Assembly: GCA_002794465.1 (NCBI GenBank)
Contig: MTSL01000157.1
Coordinates: 22,257-30,310, forward strand
DNA: 8,054 nucleotides
Reading direction: 5' to 3'
Source of the DNA: Paramicrosporidium saccamoebae KSL3
Taxonomy: Eukaryota > Fungi > Cryptomycota
A program made the translations under genes and the position numbers. Each line of letters opens with the position of its first letter. Within the stretch, counting starts at the first letter, position 1. Shown in pieces: positions 1-4,756 of the stretch. The notes under the pieces are model-generated. The model was not told where the DNA came from, did no database searches, and saw only the letters and a program-made list of their open reading frames with translations.

Positions 1-1
1 T

Positions 2-622
2 CAAATTCGTAACGTTAGTCCGGACATTCAGCGTCTGTTCGACCTAAAAGAAGAGCATCCAAGAATCACCGATTACTTGTTGCCTCCAACATCGCCAATG
101 CCGCTTCCAAGCTGGCAAGTACCGACAGAGCGTCCACCAGTCATTCGATTTTATGATCTCTCCGGATCCTCCGGAAAAGTAGCAGTACGACCCGCATGCA
201 TCTTTGAGTAGGCTGAAGCGGGGTCTAATCTTGTAGATACTTGGAGCTGCAGCAATCTTTTAAAAACAACGTCACTTATCTAGTCGCCCTGGAGAAATTT
301 AAAAAGTTTCGCCTTGACAGAAAACCAAGAACCCATTTCATACACTCCATCGGACACTCATCACACGTTGATAGTTGGAAGCCCCCTGTGTACTGGATTG
401 TAACTAAACTGCCCCTATACTAACGGTTAGATTCATGGGATGCTAAGCAAGCCGGAAAATGGAATCTATGGCATCACCTTTGAAATCGTGGACCAGATCA
501 CGGTCAAAGTTGAGATTTGGCGTCGAGCCCCACCTGGCGCCGCCTCGAAGCTGTCAAAGGAAGAGTTTAGTCGGATTGAAGAGTTCTATCAAGTGGACAC
601 GTATAAAGCTCTTCGAAACTGA
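2..622 (+). CDS. Paralog A of the tandem secreted-protein family, 5'-truncated by the window edge; exons <2..207, 237..399, 431..622 (186 aa visible)
   Basis: Frame 2 is open from base 2. Removing GT-AG introns 208-236 and 400-430 gives ...PMPLPSWQ...IFEYLELQQSF...DSWKPPVYWIIHGMLSKPENGIYGITFEIVDQITVKVEIW...FYQVD. This aligns without gaps across both junctions with B (VFHDLNMRFVF; ESWRAPVYHILLWILQTPESTCHAIKFTILDDHSVKVKV; YYEIE). TGA at 620-622. Confidence 0.85.
208..236 (+). other. Spliceosomal intron, 29 nt (paralog A)
   Basis: GTAGGC...CTAAT...TGTAG. Contains an in-frame stop; removal gives FEYLELQQSF, colinear with FKELDMNFSF in paralog C. Confidence 0.85.
400..430 (+). other. Spliceosomal intron, 31 nt (paralog A)
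   Basis: GTAACT...TACTAAC...TTAG with a canonical TACTAAC branch point. Removal restores exact 18-residue spacing from PVYW to the ITF strand, as in B and C. Confidence 0.92.
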
Positions 623-661
623 AAAGGTCGATATAATGCCAGATCCAAGGAATCATACCCT

Positions 662-667
662 AATAAA
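662..667 (+). terminator. Putative polyadenylation signal of paralog A
   Basis: AATAAA 40 nt after the stop; all four genes have one at or near the stop. Confidence 0.5.
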
Positions 668-745
668 CTGAAAGTTAAATGAGAGGAGAGGGGTCTGTGA
701 AATGATAGGATGCTAATAACGTCTTCACAGGGTAGCATATTAGTG

Positions 746-782
746 TGTGGCGTATAAGACTGATTGGTTGGGTATTTGAGGA
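746..782. repeat. Dispersed non-coding repeat, copy 1
   Basis: TGTGGCGTATAAGACTGATTGGTTGGGTATTTGAGGA matches 7909-7945 at 33/37 nt. A further patch 871-896 resembles 7984-8007. Confidence 0.75.
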
Positions 783-1037
783 CAGTGAGGTGTGTATCCA
801 TACTATTCTAGGATTAGCAGTGAACAAACCCCTTCCCGTCTGTGGTATTATCCCCATTACGCGACAAATGGACCAAGGATACTAATGGAGTTTTACGAGA
901 TGTTTTACTGGCGGGTCAATGATCATGAGGTACTACTTTAACTTTACAGCACTTGACCTATTACGGGCACCCAATAACCAATTTCTCGTAATTTACCTGG
1001 TAGCCAAACCCTTGCCTTGTAAAGAGATTTGGTATTC

Positions 1038-2579
1038 ATGTTTTCACCCATGGTGCTCTTGTTTACTACTCTCGTGTACTTTTTACACCATGTTGCTGCC
1101 AGTCCCTGGAGGTTGCAAATTGAAACGCTTACGCAAGACATATATAATGTAAAAGATATTGGCTGTTTCACGGCTTATGGTCTATTGTACTTTTCACGCC
1201 TGGTGGTAATATTAGTCATGAGGATTGCCTAAGGTCTATCGAGGCGCCCTCGGTGCAACAAGTACGGGTTCTAAATCAGATTCATATGACTAATGCTCTG
1301 ACGTACGTCCTTGAGCTGAGCGGCTCAATAGCCAACGCCTATCACACTTGGGTTAGTTATCGCAGGTTGGACTAATTTGCAGACTCCTCGGATTACCACT
1401 CTTGAAAATAGTTTGCTGTTTAACGCTATCCACTTCCAAAAGTCTTTAGACGACCGAGTTCGCGTCAGGATTCACACCAAAATCGTCAGTAGAGATGAGA
1501 ATATTGGCCGAGCTGAAAAGCTGATTATTGAGTGGGCTAACCAAGATGGGCTTTCTGCACAAGAATTCCCTTTGTTGAAGCACGTATTTAGCCCATCTTG
1601 GAAGTTTCAAGTCATTCATTCCAAGCCTCCGGGGGATGCCTGCATTTGTGCAGCTTCATCTCGCAATATTGAGAAATTGCCCATGTATCCCCGATTTCCT
1701 GGCTAATTAGTGCTTAGGGTCTCTAATCCCATTATCTTTCAACCCGACTATACGGCCTACTTGCTTCCCCTGGACGAGTTCAGCGCTCCCTACACGGCTG
1801 AAAAGGCATACGCTATTAGAATCGTGGCCACGATCAACCAGGAGGCGGCCGCAATCGACCCAATGGTGGCCGCGGCCAACTCGATGACGGCTGTGATCAA
1901 CCCGCTGACGACCGTGATCGATCCGAGGGTTTGCAATAATGTACTGCGTTTACTGATGAGGGAATTTTGGAAAAATGACAACAAAGTGTTCTTTGGAATC
2001 TCACTTCGATTCTTTGCGCATAACAAGGTGCTCATCAGACTGTTTTATCCCAAATCAGTTAGTTATGCACTAGCCCGAAGAAATGTTCACGATCTTTGGA
2101 GCAATTCCACAAGGGCGATACTACAAAATTTTCAATTCGCGTATGAACCGTGTACGACGCCGATGCCCACCCCACCAGAATCATACAGGCAAGACAAGAC
2201 ATTGGTCCTGCAGGTTGGCACTTCTCCCATCAACCATGTTATAAATGAAAACGTGTTTCACGATCTGAATATGAGATTTGTCTTCCACCGTGGTCATCAA
2301 AATATCATTTGGCTGGCGGGCAATAGCTCTCCATTCTATCATCATGATTTTCAACTCATCAATGTATTCCACCCTCTCCTCCAGCGGGACCAGGTGGAGT
2401 CATGGAGAGCACCCGTCTATCACATACTGCTGTGGATCCTCCAGACCCCCGAATCTACATGTCATGCAATCAAGTTTACAATCTTGGACGATCACTCGGT
2501 TAAAGTAAAAGTTATGTGTGTCATGAATATCGCTCGCAGTTACTTGGATGCGCTCTATGCATATTATGAAATAGAATAA
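1038..2579 (+). CDS. Paralog B: secreted 482-aa protein with three putative divergent eIF4E-like domains; exons 1038..1186, 1216..1351, 1383..1684, 1718..2579
   Basis: The spliced length is 1449 nt and stays in frame. Signal-peptide-like N-terminus MFSPMVLLFTTLVYFLHHVAA|SPW. Colinear with paralog C across all three junctions, with shared motifs IGRxExLII, FPLL, APYTA[ED]K, VFFG, YPKSVSY, ESWRAPVYH, DDHSV, YEIE. The gene model is well supported; the eIF4E-like call is by-eye inference. Confidence 0.85.
1187..1215 (+). other. Spliceosomal intron, 29 nt (paralog B)
   Basis: GTACTT...GTAAT...TTAG, phase 2. Removal gives 36 residues from W to IE, the same count as in C, with LF aligned. Confidence 0.8.
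1352..1382 (+). other. Spliceosomal intron, 31 nt (paralog B)
   Basis: GTTAGT...ACTAAT...GCAG, phase 0, contains an in-frame TAA. Removal gives AYHTWTPRITTLENSLLF, colinear with AYSIWVAWVAASDTCHLF in C. Confidence 0.9.
1685..1717 (+). other. Spliceosomal intron, 33 nt (paralog B); position shared with paralog C intron 3782-3813
   Basis: GTATCC...GCTAAT...TTAG, phase 2, contains an in-frame TAA. Same codon position and phase as the intron in C. Confidence 0.9.
1824..1928 (+). repeat. In-frame degenerate tandem repeat, 5 x 21 nt (VATINQE/AAAIDPM/VAAANSM/TAVINPL/TTVIDPR)
   Basis: Units GTGGCCACGATCAACCAGGAG, GCGGCCGCAATCGACCCAATG, GTGGCCGCGGCCAACTCGATG, ACGGCTGTGATCAACCCGCTG, ACGACCGTGATCGATCCGAGG. 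Paralog C has a single unit (TIKVQPR) here. Confidence 0.85.
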
Positions 2580-2589
2580 CACTATTTAT

Positions 2590-2595
2590 AATAAA
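2590..2595 (+). terminator. Putative polyadenylation signal of paralog B
   Basis: AATAAA 11 nt after the TAA, in an AT-rich tract. Confidence 0.55.
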
Positions 2596-2730
2596 ATACG
2601 GACGAATTGATGGGCTAGCGAGATCAGGAAGGGAGAGAATCTGTTTACCATTAATTCAATGACATATCGTTTAGAGTAATGCTGTGATATGTAGCGGATT
2701 GATTAACCGTGTCACCTAGTGGAGATGAAG

Positions 2731-2780
2731 AGGCGAAATAGGTCGAAATAAGTCGAGATGAGTCGAGATGAGGCGAGACG
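2731..2780. repeat. Intergenic minisatellite, 5 x 10 nt
   Basis: AGGCGAAATA GGTCGAAATA AGTCGAGATG AGTCGAGATG AGGCGAGACG. Confidence 0.85.
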
Positions 2781-2964
2781 AGAGCTGGTTTGCTGTTAAT
2801 CCCACGGCCCATTTACAATCTCACGAATAGCATAGGACTGCTAAAACCATAGAGATGTAGGTCTCATCATCTTTCAACGATTGTTCCAATTAAATCTTCA
2901 CCGAACTAGGTGACTATTTTCAAAGAATATGGCAATCGATCCTCTATATTACAACCGAGTACTT

Positions 2965-2985
2965 AGGATGATTCCCTAGTTTGGA
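2965..2985. repeat. Dispersed non-coding repeat, copy 2 (partial)
   Basis: AGGATGATTCCCTAGTTTGGA matches 7942-7962 at 20/21 nt; the following GAACAATCAAT resembles GAACAATCGAT at 7976-7986. Confidence 0.7.
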
Positions 2986-3169
2986 ACAATCAATGAAATT
3001 TGTATCTTTACTATTTCAAGGTTAGCAATGAGCAGTTTCTCTTCTCGTCTGAAAAAGTCCGTGGTGGGCATCTCACTACGCGGTAATACCACGTACTCTT
3101 AGATTACATTCATTGTCCGCTTACAATGTTCCGTGATTTTAGATCCCCGGTCCTTGGTGGCAGCCATCA

Positions 3170-4687
3170 ATGATGACGGTAATCGCAATTATCGTCTGGT
3201 TCTTGTGCTGTACCATTGTCCATTGTCAATGGACATTGTATATCGGCACGGGAATGAAAGATGGCTTGAGTACGGTGGTGATACAGGAAGGTGATAGTGA
3301 TCATCTCTTCAACAGCGAAATTTTGGAACGTATTGAGAATTTTTCCGTGTGCAGTGTAACATTGGACCTGCAGACTCGCGTATCCACCTCTATGGAATAC
3401 AATCTCTCCGTGGAAGCTTCTATGGCAGAGGCATATTCCATTTGGGTCGCTTGGGTTGCTGCTTCTGATACTTGCCATCTGTTTGAAGCTGTTGAATTAA
3501 GGCAGTTGGAAAATTCCCAAGTGCACGTCCGGATTGTTACCACCAGTTTCATTCAATACCTCGATATTGGCCGAGGCGAGTACTCATTTGACTAGTTCTA
3601 ATTGTAGAGAACTGATTATCAACTGGTTCAAGCAAGAGAGATTTTCTATAAGAGTGTTTCCTCTGCTCCAGTTAGATTATGAAAGAAACTTTCACTGGAA
3701 AATTCAAGTTGTCACGCCTGAACTTTGCTGGAGCCCCAATAGCTACACCATTTACTCCCGTGATCATTGGGACATGTTATTGTAAGTCTAAGCTTTTTGC
3801 AATTAGACTTTAGAAAACTCTCATCTCTCGATTTGAACCCCGGCTCTACCGTCTATTTCCTTCCCACTGATGCATTCAATGCCCCCTACACGGCTGATAA
3901 ATCGCATGCTGTCAGGATGACAATTAAGGTGCAGCCGAGGAGCTTTGGCACCGCATGGAGACGGCTGATACAAAACTTTTATATGACTCCTCAAAACGTC
4001 TTTTTCGGAGTCTCAATTACGTACAAATGCAACTTGTATTTGGTTCGACTGTACTATCCCAAATCAGTCAGCTACATTAAGGCAAAGGCGGGTGCCAGAA
4101 ATATTTGGAGTATTCTCAAGACTGAACTGTCAATTGATATGAAAATTGTGCGCAAGCCGCCCGTACATCTATTATCCACGCCGCCTCATTCATACACCTC
4201 GCCGATGGAGCTAGTTATACGCCATGATGGTTCAGAAGGATGGACTGCTATTGGACCGCAGGTCTTTAAAGAGCTTGACATGAATTTTTCCTTCCCCCAG
4301 GGCGCCCAAAGTACCATTCGGCTGACAGATACACCTCAGCCATACTTTAGCAACCATTACCGCCGCACGTTTATAGCGCATGATCTTAGCCAACGCACCA
4401 CATTAGAATCCTGGAGAGCACCCGTCTATCATGGCCTGAAATGGATGCTTGACACCTACTCTGAATTTCAATGTTACTCGATTGAATTTGCAGTCGTGGA
4501 TGACCATTCCGTTCTGATTCAAATCTGGTGCGCGGTGCATAACGGCCATGAAATGTTCCAACCTCTCAAAACGCACTACGAAATAGAGCTTATATCGCCC
4601 GCTTTTAGAGATGACAGCGACCCGTTCCTTTACTTATTTCGCTGGGCACAGCTTTTTAAAATGGCCAAGGGTTCATTAAATCCATGA
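3170..4687 (+). CDS. Paralog C: secreted 485-aa protein with three putative divergent eIF4E-like domains; exons 3170..3579, 3608..3781, 3814..4687
   Basis: The spliced length is 1458 nt and stays in frame. Signal-peptide-like N-terminus MMTVIAIIVWFLCCTIVHC|QW. Colinear with B. The middle domain has eIF4E-like motifs (HWKIQVV, CWSPN, RDHWDML, LSSLDLNPGS, TAWRRL, FFGVSI, VRLYY). The gene model is well supported; the fold assignment is inference. Confidence 0.88.
3580..3607 (+). other. Spliceosomal intron, 28 nt (paralog C)
   Basis: GTACTC...CTAAT...TGTAG. Removal gives DIGRGEELIINW, matching the uninterrupted NIGRAEKLIIEW in B. Confidence 0.92.
3782..3813 (+). other. Spliceosomal intron, 32 nt (paralog C)
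   Basis: GTAAGT...TTTAG, phase 2. Only the 3813 acceptor (not 3806) restores frame; same position as B intron 1685-1717. Confidence 0.88.
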
Positions 4688-4719
4688 TATCAAGGCACCT
4701 CTGGTCTAGAAACTCGAAT

Positions 4720-4725
4720 AATAAA
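4720..4725 (+). terminator. Putative polyadenylation signal of paralog C, inside the 69-nt gap before the Timeless gene
   Basis: AATAAA 33 nt after the TGA. Confidence 0.5.
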
Positions 4726-4756
4726 TTGGTTTCTTTAGATAGTGCAACAATTCAGC

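Noticed and set aside
695-730. 7-bp stem CTGTGAA/TTCACAG with a nearby ATGATAG...CTGA, suggesting a snoRNA-like RNA
   Set aside because: Short stem, poor C-box match and no recognisable guide; compatible with chance.
919-1232. ORFs 919-1152 (+), 944-1171 (-) and the apparent two-TM ORF 1029-1232
   Set aside because: The 1029-1232 frame is real only up to the intron at 1187; its hydrophobic tail is intron read-through. The other two overlap the B exon and have no support.
1790-2035. Minus-strand 81-aa hydrophobic ORF resembling a membrane peptide
   Set aside because: It lies wholly antisense to paralog B exon 4; its hydrophobicity and lack of stops come from the GC-rich 21-nt repeat.
3167-3552. 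Minus-strand ORFs 3167-3478 and 3301-3552
   Set aside because: Antisense to paralog C exon 1, whose + strand reading is supported by homology to B.
241-3785. Frameshifts and stops between adjacent ORFs suggesting pseudogenes or programmed frameshifting
   Set aside because: Every break is resolved by a 28-33-nt GT-AG intron that restores gap-free alignment between paralogs.
4704-4738. Possible upstream intron (GTCTAG...TTTCTTTAG) extending Tof1 at the 5' end or fusing it to paralog C
   Set aside because: The ATG at 4684 would splice into a TGA, the other frame has a stop at 4677 and no ATG, and C terminates at 4687. A UTR intron cannot be excluded but is unsupported.
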